DNA of 64,000 nucleotides, taken from NCBI GenBank assembly GCA_965248925.1, contig CBDFLE010000006.1, positions 1,376,001 through 1,440,000 of the forward strand, read 5' to 3'. Shown here in pieces: positions 41,892-52,234 of the stretch. The first letter of the stretch is position 1; the number at the start of each line of letters is the position of its first letter. The position numbers and the translations under genes are program-made. The notes below the pieces were generated by a model. It did not search any database and had not been told where the DNA came from. It saw nothing but the letters and a program-made list of their open reading frames with translations. This DNA is from Candidatus Multivoradales bacterium. Its GTDB lineage: Bacteria; Acidobacteriota; Thermoanaerobaculia; Multivoradales; J023.

Positions 41892-43739
41892 ATGAAACCA
41901 GGCTCGCTCCTCAGACGCCGTCCGACCGCGCTATTCCTCATCCTGCTGACCTGGCCTTGCTGGGCCGGGCTATCCGTTGCCAGCGCCCAGGGGTTCCCGA
42001 TTCAGCACAAGGCGGGCCTCGATTTGCAAGCCAACCGCACGGCCTACCTGGCTGGCGAGACAGCGCGCGTCGCGGCGGTGGTGGAGATCGAAGACGGCTG
42101 GCATATCAACAGCTGGCAACCCCTCGACGATTTGGTAGTCGCCACCGAGCTTGACGCCATCGTGCCGGCCGACTGCCAGCCTGCGCAAATCAGCTATCCC
42201 GATCCGCACCAAAAGAAGTTTCCCTACACCGACGGCCCGATCCCGGTCTACGACGGGCGGACGATCTTCTTCGCTGATCTCGAGATACCTGCCGGCACAG
42301 GTTTGGGCAGCGTCACCGTGGACTTCAGTCTGCGCTACCAAAGCTGCGACGACAGCCAATGCCTGCCACCAGCAACCCGCGAGGCGAGCATCGAACTGAT
42401 GATCGGCAGCGGCGGCCAAGCCAACCAGCCAGAGCTCTTCGGCGAAGCCGGCACCGCCACCAGCGGCCCGTCTCTGGAGATCCCCGCGGCGGCACCCGCG
42501 GCAGCGCCAAACCTGCTGTGGATCCTGCTCCTCGGGGTGATCGGCGGCCTGATCTTGAACGCCATGCCCTGCGTGTTGCCGGTGCTGTCACTGAAAGTGT
42601 TCGGCTTGGTCAAGAGCGCCAGCCAAGGCCGCTCCCACCTGGTCGCCGGAGCCTTGGCTTCGAGCGCGGGTATCTTGGTCTCTTTCTGGGCCTTGGCGGG
42701 CGCGGCGGCATTGCTGCAAGCCGGCGGCAAGACGGTGGGCTGGGGCATCCAGTTTCAGCAGCCAGGCTTCGTCACTTTCCTGGCGGTAGTGGTGGTGCTC
42801 TTCTCGCTCAACATGTGGGGCCTGTTCGAGATTCAGCTGCCGGGCAGATTGGCGCAAGTGGGTGGCCAACCGCGCGAAGGCTTGGCCGGCCACTTCGCCT
42901 CGGGTCTATTCGCCACTCTGATGGCTACCCCTTGCTCAGCACCCTTCCTCGGCACCGCGGTGGGTTTTGCCCTCAACCAACCCGTGGGGGTGATTTTCGC
43001 CGTCTTCACCGCCGTCGGTATCGGCTTGGCCTTGCCCTATTTGCTGCTCGCCGCGGTGCCTGGCATCGCCAATTTGCTGCCCAAGCCGGGAGCGTGGATG
43101 AACACCTTACGCGGGGTGATGGGATTCCTGCTCGCAGCCGCGGCGGTGTGGTTGTTCTATATTCTCGCCGGCCAAGTGTCGAGCGAACGCCTGGCCTTCA
43201 TCCAGCTAGCTTTGCTCGCTGTCGCTCTTTGCGTCTGGCTGCAACGCCAGGCCGGTAGCAGCGGCGGGCGGCGCCTGGCCAGTGTTGCAGTAGCGGTAGC
43301 GGCGGTGCTCACCGTCGTGCTGGCTGCCGGCGCCACGGCCGACAGCAGAAGCTCGGCCACCCAGGCTTCGAAACTGATCCCCTGGACGGCATTCGACCAA
43401 GCCCAAGCCATCGACTTGGCGGCGGGCGGTCAGCTGGTGTTCGTCGACGTCACCGCCGATTGGTGCCTGACTTGCAAATTCAACGAACGCACCGTGCTCG
43501 AGACCCGCGAGGTCGCCGCAGCCTTCGACCGCCTCGGCGTGGTGCCGATGAAAGCCGACTGGACCAACCGCAGTCAGCAGATCGCTGACTACCTGGCCCA
43601 ATACGGACGGTCATCGATTCCCTTCTATGCCCTCTATCGGCCAGGCAAGGAGCCCCACGTCTTCAGTGAGCTGCTGACCAAGAGCAGAGTGCTCGGAGCC
43701 CTCGACCAAGCCTCCGCGATGGCCTCGGTCGCACCCTAG
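41892..43739 (+). CDS. dsbD: Thiol:disulfide interchange protein DsbD/ScsB family
   Basis: YQSCDDSQCLPP (alpha domain), LNAMPCVLPVL and ATPCSAPFLG (beta), TADWCLTCK (gamma). Confidence 0.9.
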   Translation: MKPGSLLRRRPTALFLILLTWPCWAGLSVASAQGFPIQHKAGLDLQANRTAYLAGETARVAAVVEIEDGWHINSWQPLDDLVVATELDAIVPADCQPAQISYPDPHQKKFPYTDGPIPVYDGRTIFFADLEIPAGTGLGSVTVDFSLRYQSCDDSQCLPPATREASIELMIGSGGQANQPELFGEAGTATSGPSLEIPAAAPAAAPNLLWILLLGVIGGLILNAMPCVLPVLSLKVFGLVKSASQGRSHLVAGALASSAGILVSFWALAGAAALLQAGGKTVGWGIQFQQPGFVTFLAVVVVLFSLNMWGLFEIQLPGRLAQVGGQPREGLAGHFASGLFATLMATPCSAPFLGTAVGFALNQPVGVIFAVFTAVGIGLALPYLLLAAVPGIANLLPKPGAWMNTLRGVMGFLLAAAAVWLFYILAGQVSSERLAFIQLALLAVALCVWLQRQAGSSGGRRLASVAVAVAAVLTVVLAAGATADSRSSATQASKLIPWTAFDQAQAIDLAAGGQLVFVDVTADWCLTCKFNERTVLETREVAAAFDRLGVVPMKADWTNRSQQIADYLAQYGRSSIPFYALYRPGKEPHVFSELLTKSRVLGALDQASAMASVAP

Positions 43740-43813
43740 AGATCGTACGCGAAACGAGCTTCGACTAGCACCGGCGAGAGATCTTCAACCACCTGATCCG
43801 AAGGGAGTCCAAG

Positions 43814-44470
43814 ATGGGTTTCTGGAGTACCAAAGACACCAGCTTACCGAGTGCCACGGACGCCTTGCCTGGACGAGCCAGCAAGATGCCGGTCCCAGAG
43901 CGCCATTTCGTGCTCGATTCTCCCTTGGCACCGCCCTACCCGTCGGGCTGTGAGCTGGCGATGTTCGGCCTCGGTTGCTTCTGGGGTGCCGAGCGTAAGT
44001 TCTGGGAGGCTGAAGGAGTGTTGACCACCGCCGTTGGCTACGCCGCCGGCCTGACTCCCAATCCCACCTACCAAGAAGTGTGCGCTGGCAGCACCGGCCA
44101 CAACGAGGTAGTCCGAGTGGTTTTCGATCCCACACTGATCAACTTCGAACAGCTATTACAGATCTTCTGGGAAAGCCACGATCCCACCCAGGGAATGCGC
44201 CAAGGCAACGACGCCGGCACCCAATACCGCTCGGGAGTCTACACTTACGGCGACTCCCAGAAAGCCAGCGCGGAGGCATCGCAAAAGGCTTACCAGGGGC
44301 ACCTGAGCGCCGCCGACCATGGCGAGATCACCACCGAGATCCTGGCCGCCCCCGAATTCTACTTTGCTGAGGAGTACCACCAGCAATATCTGGCCAAGAA
44401 CCCCAGCGGCTATTGCGGCCTCGGCGGCACCGGCGTCAGCTGCCCGGTGGGGGTGGGCCTCAGCACTTGA
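43814..44470 (+). CDS. msrA: Peptide-methionine (S)-sulfoxide reductase
   Basis: [43 protein letters not shown]. Confidence 0.95.
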   Translation: MGFWSTKDTSLPSATDALPGRASKMPVPERHFVLDSPLAPPYPSGCELAMFGLGCFWGAERKFWEAEGVLTTAVGYAAGLTPNPTYQEVCAGSTGHNEVVRVVFDPTLINFEQLLQIFWESHDPTQGMRQGNDAGTQYRSGVYTYGDSQKASAEASQKAYQGHLSAADHGEITTEILAAPEFYFAEEYHQQYLAKNPSGYCGLGGTGVSCPVGVGLST

Positions 44471-44475
44471 CGGAG

Positions 44476-44993
44476 TCAGTCGCTCTCCTCGGTTTCTTCG
44501 GCCTTCATCCTCTGTAACTGTCGCAGGAAAGGCAGCGCCCGATGATCTTTCGGTCGATCGGCATATTCCTTGGTTTCGATGAGTGCCGGGAGGCCCAGGG
44601 ATCTGATAACCAGTCCCTCCAGCTCGTAGTCATTGCAGCGACTCACCAATTGATCGTATCGAAGCCCATCGCCCACGACTTGGAGAACGTCCAGAGAACC
44701 GAAGCGGGTCTTCAGCAGGCTGACTTTTACCGCCGCCAAACGCTGGGAATCGGGCTTGATCTCGCGCCCAGCTGGATCTCGATACAGAGCGCCAAGCGCC
44801 TCTAGAGCAGAGGACAGACGGTCGATATTCTCTGAGCTTGTCTCGTAGACGATGTCGAGATCGAGGGTAGGTAGAGGGGCTCCCTCCAGCAACGCCGCAA
44901 CGCCGCAACGCCGCCCACGACAACGAAATCGACGCCATGACGATCCAGGACAGCCAAAAGGTCGAGGAAATTATTGTCGACGTTGTCGGCCAT
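44476..44993 (-). pseudogene. Pol-beta-like nucleotidyltransferase, frameshifted by one extra 8-bp repeat unit
   Basis: MADNVDNNFLDLLAVLDRHGVDFVVVGGVAAL lies in one frame and LEGAPLPTLDLDIVY...DRPKDHRALPFL in another. (GCAACGCC)x3 at 44889-44912; two units give a continuous VGGVAALLEGAP. Confidence 0.85.
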
Positions 44994-45156
44994 TGCGCAG
45001 TCGAGCCACCCCGTCCACAAAATCCTGTGCCACTCTCAGACGCTCGACCGGGCTGAACTCCAACATCCAGCGAATCAGGCTGATGTCTCCCTCATCGAGT
45101 TCTTCCACACCGGGTTTCCCAGTTTTCTTCAGATTTTCTGGAACGCATTGCACCAT
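44971..45156 (-). CDS. Small protein (61 aa), putative antitoxin/partner of the nucleotidyltransferase
   Basis: GDISLIRWMLEFSPVERLRVAQDFV; overlaps the NTase start by 23 bp; TGnTAGGAT 6 nt before ATG 45156. Confidence 0.7.
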   Translation of the reverse strand: MVQCVPENLKKTGKPGVEELDEGDISLIRWMLEFSPVERLRVAQDFVDGVARLRNGRQRRQ

Positions 45157-45196
45157 CACTAGATCCTAGCATTCCAACGCTAGGACCCACTAGAAG

Positions 45197-46576
45197 TCAC
45201 TTCCTCGGCTTTAGCCTTGACTCGCCTTCTGCCAGACGGCGAGCCCGGCGGCGGAGTTCTTCCAGCTCTTCCAGGCGGTGGCGGATCTTGTGTTCGGTAC
45301 CGCGATCCGTCGGCCGGTAGAAGGTGGTACCGCGCAGGGCCTCTGGCAGGCAATCGAGACCGCCCACTCCATCCTCTGTATCGTGGGCATAAACATAGCC
45401 CGATCCGTACCCCTGTTCCTTCATCAGTCGAGTGGGAGCGTTGCGAATGACCTTTGGCACCGGATCAGCGGGGCGCTCGGCAACCGTCTTCTTGGCTGCC
45501 TTGTAGGCCGTGTAAACCGCGTTCGATTTCGGTGCCAAGGCGAGGTGAACGGTGGCCTGAGCCAGCGCCAACTCCCCTTCGGGCGAACCCAGACGGTGGT
45601 AGGCATCCCAGGCATCGAGAGTCCGGCCGAGGGCGCCGGGGTCGGCCAGGCCAACATCTTCACTGGCGAAACGCACCAAGCGGCGAGCGATGTAAAGCGG
45701 GTCTTCCCCCGCTTCGAGCATTCGTACCAACCAGTAGAGAGCGGCATCCGGGTGGCTCTCGCGCAACGACTTATGCAGCGCGGACATTAGATTGAAGTGC
45801 TCTTCACCGGCCTTGTCGTAGAGCAGGATCTTGCGCTGCGCCAACCGTTCCACTTGCTCCGAGCCGACTTGCCGATGGCCTGTCGAAGCAGCGTCTTCGA
45901 CCACCAACTCGAGCAAATTGAGCGCCCGCCGAGCGTCCCCAGAAGCCAATTGGGCGATCTGTGCCAAAGCAGCTGGATCGAGTTCCACGGACAGTTGACC
46001 GAGACCACGCTCGCGGTCGCTAAGCGCTCGCTGCATCAGCTCGACCAAGTCTTCCGGCCGCAATGGCTCCAACACCACCACCCGGCAGCGCGACAGCAAG
46101 GCACCGTTGAGCTGGAACGATGGATTCTCGGTGGTAGCACCCACCAAGACGATGTCGCCGCTTTCGACATAGGGCAGAAAAGCATCCTGCTGCGCACGAT
46201 TGAAACGGTGGATCTCGTCGACGAAGAGCAGCGTGCGTCGGCCGTCGGCGCGGCGAAAGCGGGCCGCGTCGGCCATCACCTGCTTGACCTCCTTGATGCC
46301 CGAGGTCACCGCACTGAAAGGCACGAAACGGAGCGAGCTACGCCGCGCCAGAATTCCCGCCAGGGTGGTCTTGCCACAGCCCGGTGGCCCCCACAGGATC
46401 AGCGATGGCAGACGATCTTCATCCAGCGCTCGAGCAAGAAATCCTTGCGACCCAAGCACTGCCCGATGGCCGACCATTTGGTCGAGGGTAAGTGGCCGCG
46501 CGCGCTCCGCCAGCGGCGTCCCGCACGGGTCGCCGCTGGTTTGCCGCGCTGAGTCGGCGATAGGTTCATCGAACAA
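45197..46576 (-). CDS. rarA: Replication-associated recombination protein A (MgsA/RarA AAA+)
   Basis: PLAERARP, WGPPGCGKTT, DEIHRFNRAQQD, GATTENPSF, SEDVGLADP, APKSNAVY. Confidence 0.94.
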   Translation of the reverse strand: MFDEPIADSARQTSGDPCGTPLAERARPLTLDQMVGHRAVLGSQGFLARALDEDRLPSLILWGPPGCGKTTLAGILARRSSLRFVPFSAVTSGIKEVKQVMADAARFRRADGRRTLLFVDEIHRFNRAQQDAFLPYVESGDIVLVGATTENPSFQLNGALLSRCRVVVLEPLRPEDLVELMQRALSDRERGLGQLSVELDPAALAQIAQLASGDARRALNLLELVVEDAASTGHRQVGSEQVERLAQRKILLYDKAGEEHFNLMSALHKSLRESHPDAALYWLVRMLEAGEDPLYIARRLVRFASEDVGLADPGALGRTLDAWDAYHRLGSPEGELALAQATVHLALAPKSNAVYTAYKAAKKTVAERPADPVPKVIRNAPTRLMKEQGYGSGYVYAHDTEDGVGGLDCLPEALRGTTFYRPTDRGTEHKIRHRLEELEELRRRARRLAEGESRLKPRK

Positions 46577-46674
46577 GCCTGGTATGACAGAGACCTCCGA
46601 TAGGTCTCGATTCTATGCGATCAAGGGTACCAAAACAGACACCAGAATCGGCCGAGCCTAACGCTGTCCACCGC

Positions 46675-47682
46675 TTAACCGGCCTCGATCTGCCGCACCA
46701 CCGCTTCGCAAAATTGTTGGGTGCTTGCCTGGCCGCCAATATCACGAGTGGTATCCGTTGCGGCGGCGATGACCTGATAGATCGCTTTCGCCAAACGGTC
46801 GGCGATTTCCATCTCGCCGAGATGTCGCAGCATCATCACCGCCGAGCGCATCAAGGCGGTTGGATTGGCTATGCCCTGGCCAGCGATGTCAGGGGCCGAG
46901 CCGTGGACCGCCTCGAATACGGCTTCGGTTTCGCCTATGTTGCCGCCAGCTACTACACCAAGGCCACCCACCAGCCCGGCACACAGATCGGAAACGATAT
47001 CTCCATATAGGTTTTCAAGCAGCAACATGTCGTATTTCTCAGGCCGCATAACCAACTGCATGCACATATTGTCGATAATCCGGTCGTCGGCCTCAATCTC
47101 GGGGTAGTCCTCGGCGACTTTGCGGAAACAATCGAGAAACAGACCGTCAGCGAGTTTCATGATATTTGCTTTGTGTACCGCGGTAATTCGCTTGCGGCCG
47201 TGCTTGCGGGCGTACTCGAAAGCGTACTTCGACACCCTGGTCGAGGCCACCTCGGTGATCACCTTGAGGCTCTCGACCACGCCTGGGACCACCTCATGCT
47301 CGAGGCCGCGATAGAGCCCCTCGGTATTCTCTCGCACAATGACCAGGTCGACATTGCTGTAGCGACTGGCAATGCCCGGCACGGTGATCGCTGGGCGCAA
47401 GTTGGCGTAGAGCACTAGGGCGCGGCGCAGTTGCACGTTAACCGAACGAAAACCTTTGCCAACCGGAGTGGTCACCGGCCCTTTGAGACAGATCTTGTTA
47501 TGACGGATTGAGTCGAGCAACTCATTGGGCAGCGGCTCCTTGCCTCGGGCAACAGCCTCGGCGCCAGCAATATGACTGTCCCACTCGAAATCAGCTCCAG
47601 CCGCCTGTAGCACTCGCACCGTCGCCGAAGTCACCTCGGGACCAATACCGTCGCCCGGTAGCAGGGTGATGGTTCTCGACAT
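46675..47682 (-). CDS. Isocitrate/isopropylmalate dehydrogenase family (NAD-IDH-like)
   Basis: PGDGIGPEV, GFRSVNVQLR, RENTEG, HKANIMK, NLYGDIVSD, FEAVHGSAPDIAG. Confidence 0.92.
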   Translation of the reverse strand: MSRTITLLPGDGIGPEVTSATVRVLQAAGADFEWDSHIAGAEAVARGKEPLPNELLDSIRHNKICLKGPVTTPVGKGFRSVNVQLRRALVLYANLRPAITVPGIASRYSNVDLVIVRENTEGLYRGLEHEVVPGVVESLKVITEVASTRVSKYAFEYARKHGRKRITAVHKANIMKLADGLFLDCFRKVAEDYPEIEADDRIIDNMCMQLVMRPEKYDMLLLENLYGDIVSDLCAGLVGGLGVVAGGNIGETEAVFEAVHGSAPDIAGQGIANPTALMRSAVMMLRHLGEMEIADRLAKAIYQVIAAATDTTRDIGGQASTQQFCEAVVRQIEAG

Positions 47683-47740
47683 CGCTATCTCCTCGCCAAC
47701 CGCGGCTGGCCCAGGTAGTCAAACATTTCTAGCCTAGCTG

Positions 47741-48814
47741 TCAACCCGGCAAGTGGGCCATCTCTACTGCTTCGCCTTCGCCGCTAAACACCTGCCCCAA
47801 GGGCCGGATGCGGGCGCCATCGACAAAATCAAAACACAGATCCTCGTAGTCGAGCAGGCCAACGCTGCCGAGGTCTCGGTACAGTACGACGATCCGCGCA
47901 CCTACCCGCAGCAAATCGCCAGCGGCTAGCGATGAGTCCCACGAGCTGCTACCTCTCAGATCGACCCAACGCCAGTCGAGTTCGTCGATTCGGCTGCCAG
48001 CTTCCGCTAGCAGGTCTCGCAGCACCGTAGCGCGGTTGAAGGCCAGACCTTGACCGGCCAAGCGCGCTACCGCTCTGAGTTGTTCGGCTGGTGCCCCCAC
48101 CGCGGTCTCGAACTGAGTCAAGCCGAAGACTCGCGACACCTCGCGCAAGCGACCGGGCAGCAGCAAGCGTACGGTCGGGAATCGATCGATCTCGGCGAAA
48201 AGTTTCTCAGCGCCCCACGAAGAGACGATCTGCCCTGGCACCAGCTTGTCCTGCTCGCGCCAAATTTCGACCCTGACTTGGTAGCGCAGGGTGCCAAACT
48301 GCTGCCGATCGGTCAGCGCGCCGGCGATTTCAATCTGGTTGTCGTGGGCAGCGTCGATCTCACCCGGCACACTCCAAGCAGTCGGCCAATCCGCCCGTAA
48401 CAGCTCCTCGACTTCCAGCTCGACTTCGCTGCTGGCAGTGAGCGCGACAAAGGGACGTCGCCCCTCGACAGTGAACCAGCGCACCCGCGCTTCGAGCGGT
48501 CGATCCCACTGCCGCAACTGGGCGGCGGGGATCTCGCGGCCGGCGATGCTCAGCCGTTTGGCCTCGGTGTAGTAAACCGATTCGCCCTGGCGGTCTCGAG
48601 CTTCGAGCACGGCGTGCAAGCGGAAAGCAGTTCCTGCTTGGACTTCAATTGGGCCCACTTCGGCCAACGGGTTGTCCTCGACTGCAATAGCGACCCAGGC
48701 GGCTGTCGGCTGGGGCGCCAAGCGTTGCTCAATGGCCGGCTGCATCCACAGCAGGACCCATGCCAAAACGATCACCGTTCCTGCAGCCAGGAGAATTTTA
48801 GAGCGTGAGTCCAT
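47741..48814 (-). CDS. Hypothetical protein with N-terminal membrane anchor
   Basis: ILLAAGTVIVLAWVLLW; co-oriented within the minus-strand gene run. Confidence 0.75.
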   Translation of the reverse strand: MDSRSKILLAAGTVIVLAWVLLWMQPAIEQRLAPQPTAAWVAIAVEDNPLAEVGPIEVQAGTAFRLHAVLEARDRQGESVYYTEAKRLSIAGREIPAAQLRQWDRPLEARVRWFTVEGRRPFVALTASSEVELEVEELLRADWPTAWSVPGEIDAAHDNQIEIAGALTDRQQFGTLRYQVRVEIWREQDKLVPGQIVSSWGAEKLFAEIDRFPTVRLLLPGRLREVSRVFGLTQFETAVGAPAEQLRAVARLAGQGLAFNRATVLRDLLAEAGSRIDELDWRWVDLRGSSSWDSSLAAGDLLRVGARIVVLYRDLGSVGLLDYEDLCFDFVDGARIRPLGQVFSGEGEAVEMAHLPG

Positions 48815-48853
48815 TGGCTATAAGCCCGCGTCTGGAAATACCAAGATCAGCGA

Positions 48854-51469
48854 TCAGTCAGGCTGATACTGGCGCAGCGCTTCGAGTCGCTCGCTGATAT
48901 CTCGGTAGCTGCTGTTGATGCCGAAAATCTCGACAAAGGTCTTGTAAGCAGACTCACCATCGCCGAGGTTGACGTAGGAATTGCCCATATCGTAGAGCAG
49001 ACCCAAGACCTCGTCCTGGCCAATCGCTGGCGAATCCAACCCCTTGCGGTACCACTTCATCGCCAGATCGGCGAGGCCCTTCTCCAAAAAGCACGAGGCG
49101 AGCAAGGAGCTGCACTCGACCAGGTAGCGCTCGTTCTTGGAGGCTAGTTGAAATTCGCCTATCGCCTCGTCGACCAATCCCATCTCGCGATAAGCAATGC
49201 CAAGGTTGAAGTGGGTGTCGTAGTCCTGCTCGCTCAGGTTCTCCGCCACTCCCCGCTTGAAGCCCTCGATGATCTCTTCCAGCGATTGCTCTTCCGCCTG
49301 CGGCACGCCGCGCCCAGCTTGGACTTGATCTTCGGTGAGCTCGCGTTCGAGTTCGGCAGCCAGGTCGAAGAAATCGTCTTCCTCTTCGAATAGGGATTCT
49401 TCGGAAGCCGTTTGTTGGGCACTTTCGCCGCCGGTGTCGTCTAACCAACTCAAACCAGTTTCGTCGAGCGGATCGACGTGCTCGATCGCTTCCGCGGCAG
49501 CGACCTGCTCGCCCAGGTCGCCTTCAGGCTCGTCATCGAGTTGCTCCAGGTCGAGTTCATCAGCCAACGAGAAGAGCTGCTCTTCGGGCTTCGCCGCGGC
49601 CGCCACCGGCTGGCTGGGCGCGGCTGCGGGCAACACTTCAGGCTCGGCGGACGAGGTTCCACTCGGCGCTACGGGATCGTCCTTCTCCTGCAGATTCAAG
49701 GCTGGCACCACACCGACGGGAATAACTTGGCTATCGTTGACACTCAGCGGCGCCTCGATGTCGAGATCCTCGAGCAGCGCGGCGATCCGATCATCTTCGT
49801 CAACCGCCGGCCCCGGTCCGCCGACCAGCTTTCCGTGGTCGAAACGAAAGCCTGCTGACAGCAATTTCCCTTTCAGTTCGTCCCAGGCCTCTACCTCGCC
49901 TCGTTCAGCCGCTAAGCGGGCAACCTCACCGGCATGCAGCAGCACTCCCTCGTGGGCGCCGGCTTCAAGTTCGACCGTGGCCAACAGGGCGAGGCCACCC
50001 AAGTGGTCGGAAGTGATGTTGAGTAGCTCAGCCAGGCGCCCTTGGGCCTTTTCCATCAGACCGTACTTGGCAAAGACTTGGGCCTCCGCCAGCAGATCCT
50101 CCTGGCGCTGTGCCGGGGAACCACCACCCGAATCACCGACCACCGCGTCCTCGGCCAATTCCGGATCAGAGAGCTCGAATGCCACTGGTGACTCTGCAAC
50201 CACTCCGACATCGGGTACTTCAAGATCTGCAAGCTCTTCTAGAGACCACTCGATCTCGTCGCCGGTGGCCAGCACCTCTTCGCTCGGTGCCGGGGCGAAC
50301 GCTCCTGGCGCCGGCACGGTGGAATCGGACTCGTCCAACATCGGTACGAGATCGAGAGTCAAGGAGGTCTCGTCAGCTGCGGAATCTAAGTCGAACGAGA
50401 CCTCGGGCTCGGGCTCACTGAGGGTGTCATCGAGGTCGAGCAGCTGCGAACTGCCGAAGCTCTCAAGTTCGAGTTCTAGTTCTTCCGCGGTTCCCGGGTC
50501 TGCCGCCGGCAGGAGGTCCGCGGGCGGCTGGACCAGACTGTCGGGAACTTCGTCGTCGTTCAGGTCGAGGACGAAGATGCCGCTCTCATCAGCGTCTTCG
50601 TCCTCCGGTGCTGCCCAGCCCTGGTTGCTGATCGCGGGTTCGGCCTCAAGTGCCGGTAGCGGGAGCGGCTCAACCTGCTGCTCCTCCTCGACTACGACCG
50701 GCTCTTCTTGAACCGGCTCTGGCTTCGCTTTCGCACCGTCGGCCCGCAGCAGGCGACCGATGCTCCCCGCCTCAGGATTGAGTTCTTCGGCTCGCTCCAG
50801 TACTTTCGCCGCGGTATCGAGATGGCCCCCATCGCGCAGCTCAACGACTACATCACGCACCAAAGCCAGATTCTTCGCGTTGATCTCTATCGCCCGAATG
50901 TAGACCTGCCCAGCTTCATCGACCGACTCGTTGTCGATCAGCATCTGGGCCAGCGCGCTGTACTCGCGCACCGCCTTCTCGTGCAGATGCTGACTCTCGT
51001 AGAGTTCGGCTAAACGCAAATGAAGCGCGGGGTTCTGCGCGTCGACTTCGACCATCTTCTGGTAGATGGTGATGGCGGAAGCTGGATTGTCGTGACGATG
51101 GTAGTAGTCGGCAAGGACCTGATACTGGGTGCGGGCCTCATTGAGCAAGCCCTGACGGTGATAGAGCTCGGCAAGCTTTTCGTAGACCGGCAGAGTGGTC
51201 GGATCGAGCTTGATGATCTTCTTGTAGATGGCGATCGCTTTGACCAAGAAGCCATCTCGGGTGTACTGCTCGGCGATCTGCGAGAAGAGCTTGACCGCTT
51301 CGTCATAGCGCTCGATGCGAGCGTAGAGGTCACCGACCCGATTGAGGGTGTTGGCATCAGTGGGGTTCTCCGCCAGCACCTTGCGGTACTCGTTGATCGC
51401 CGCTTCCAGCTTGCCCTTGGAAACATAGCGTTCGGCAGCACGGATGACCTTCTCGCGCTTGATCGCCAT
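48854..51469 (-). CDS. Large TPR protein with acidic linker (SgmX-like architecture)
   Basis: N-terminal TPRs (KAIAIYKKIIKLDP), long D/E-rich linker, C-terminal DYDTHFNLGIAYREMGLVDEAIGEFQ TPRs; start overlaps the rnhB stop. Confidence 0.85.
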   Translation of the reverse strand: MAIKREKVIRAAERYVSKGKLEAAINEYRKVLAENPTDANTLNRVGDLYARIERYDEAVKLFSQIAEQYTRDGFLVKAIAIYKKIIKLDPTTLPVYEKLAELYHRQGLLNEARTQYQVLADYYHRHDNPASAITIYQKMVEVDAQNPALHLRLAELYESQHLHEKAVREYSALAQMLIDNESVDEAGQVYIRAIEINAKNLALVRDVVVELRDGGHLDTAAKVLERAEELNPEAGSIGRLLRADGAKAKPEPVQEEPVVVEEEQQVEPLPLPALEAEPAISNQGWAAPEDEDADESGIFVLDLNDDEVPDSLVQPPADLLPAADPGTAEELELELESFGSSQLLDLDDTLSEPEPEVSFDLDSAADETSLTLDLVPMLDESDSTVPAPGAFAPAPSEEVLATGDEIEWSLEELADLEVPDVGVVAESPVAFELSDPELAEDAVVGDSGGGSPAQRQEDLLAEAQVFAKYGLMEKAQGRLAELLNITSDHLGGLALLATVELEAGAHEGVLLHAGEVARLAAERGEVEAWDELKGKLLSAGFRFDHGKLVGGPGPAVDEDDRIAALLEDLDIEAPLSVNDSQVIPVGVVPALNLQEKDDPVAPSGTSSAEPEVLPAAAPSQPVAAAAKPEEQLFSLADELDLEQLDDEPEGDLGEQVAAAEAIEHVDPLDETGLSWLDDTGGESAQQTASEESLFEEEDDFFDLAAELERELTEDQVQAGRGVPQAEEQSLEEIIEGFKRGVAENLSEQDYDTHFNLGIAYREMGLVDEAIGEFQLASKNERYLVECSSLLASCFLEKGLADLAMKWYRKGLDSPAIGQDEVLGLLYDMGNSYVNLGDGESAYKTFVEIFGINSSYRDISERLEALRQYQPD

Positions 51470-52128
51470 CAGCCACCACCTTCAGCCGTCAGCTGCAGCC
51501 GTGGCAACACCGAACGGAAAGTCAGGCGATGCTCGGCGGTGGGCCCGAATTCGGCCAATGCCTGGCGGTGCGCGGGCGCGCCGTAGCCTTTGTTGGCGGC
51601 AAATCCATATTGCGGAAAGCGTCGTTCAAGCCGCCGCATGGTGTGATCTCGCGCCACTTTGGCGAGGATCGATGCACAGGCGACGGCGTAGCTAATCTGA
51701 TCGCCGCGGATCACTGGCAAGATGGGAAAGGCTGCGGTTCCGGGATGCACGGCGTCGATCAAGGCGATATCTGGGGCTGGTTCGAGCCTGGCAAGCGCAC
51801 CGCGCATGGCCTTGCGTGTCGCTTGCAGGATGTTGATGCGGTCGATCTCCCGCGCTGAAACAAAGCTCACCGCATGAACCGGGTGGGCCTTCTCGATGGC
51901 CGTTGCCAAACGTTCTCGGGCCGTTTCGCTAAGCCGCTTGCTGTCATCCACGCCTGGAACCACGATACCAGGCTCGACGACAACCGCCGCTGCCGCCACT
52001 GGGCCGGCCAGACATCCCCGACCGACCTCATCAACGCCAGCCACTCGGCCGTAGCCACTACTCCGCAGCAGGTCTTCGAGACCTTGCAAGAGGCGGAGGC
52101 GGTACGCCTCTACCAACAGATGGGCCAT
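51469..52128 (-). CDS. rnhB: Ribonuclease HII
   Basis: AGVDEVGRGCLAGPV, DDSKRL, ASILAKVARD, NKGYG, HRLTF. Start set at MAHLL. Confidence 0.93.
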   Translation of the reverse strand: MAHLLVEAYRLRLLQGLEDLLRSSGYGRVAGVDEVGRGCLAGPVAAAAVVVEPGIVVPGVDDSKRLSETARERLATAIEKAHPVHAVSFVSAREIDRINILQATRKAMRGALARLEPAPDIALIDAVHPGTAAFPILPVIRGDQISYAVACASILAKVARDHTMRRLERRFPQYGFAANKGYGAPAHRQALAEFGPTAEHRLTFRSVLPRLQLTAEGGG

Positions 52129-52234
52129 AGTCGTCAAAAGCAGCCAGCTCCCAATCCACCAACTGGTCTGAACCAACGATGGTTTGCGCTCTCTATAGCA
52201 GCAGACTTCGGCGGCGCCGTGCTGCCTCACAGGG

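Noticed and set aside
49335-50711. 458-aa Ser-rich ORF on the + strand
   Set aside because: Antisense shadow of the acidic TPR gene; reverse-complemented Glu/Asp codons give Ser runs.
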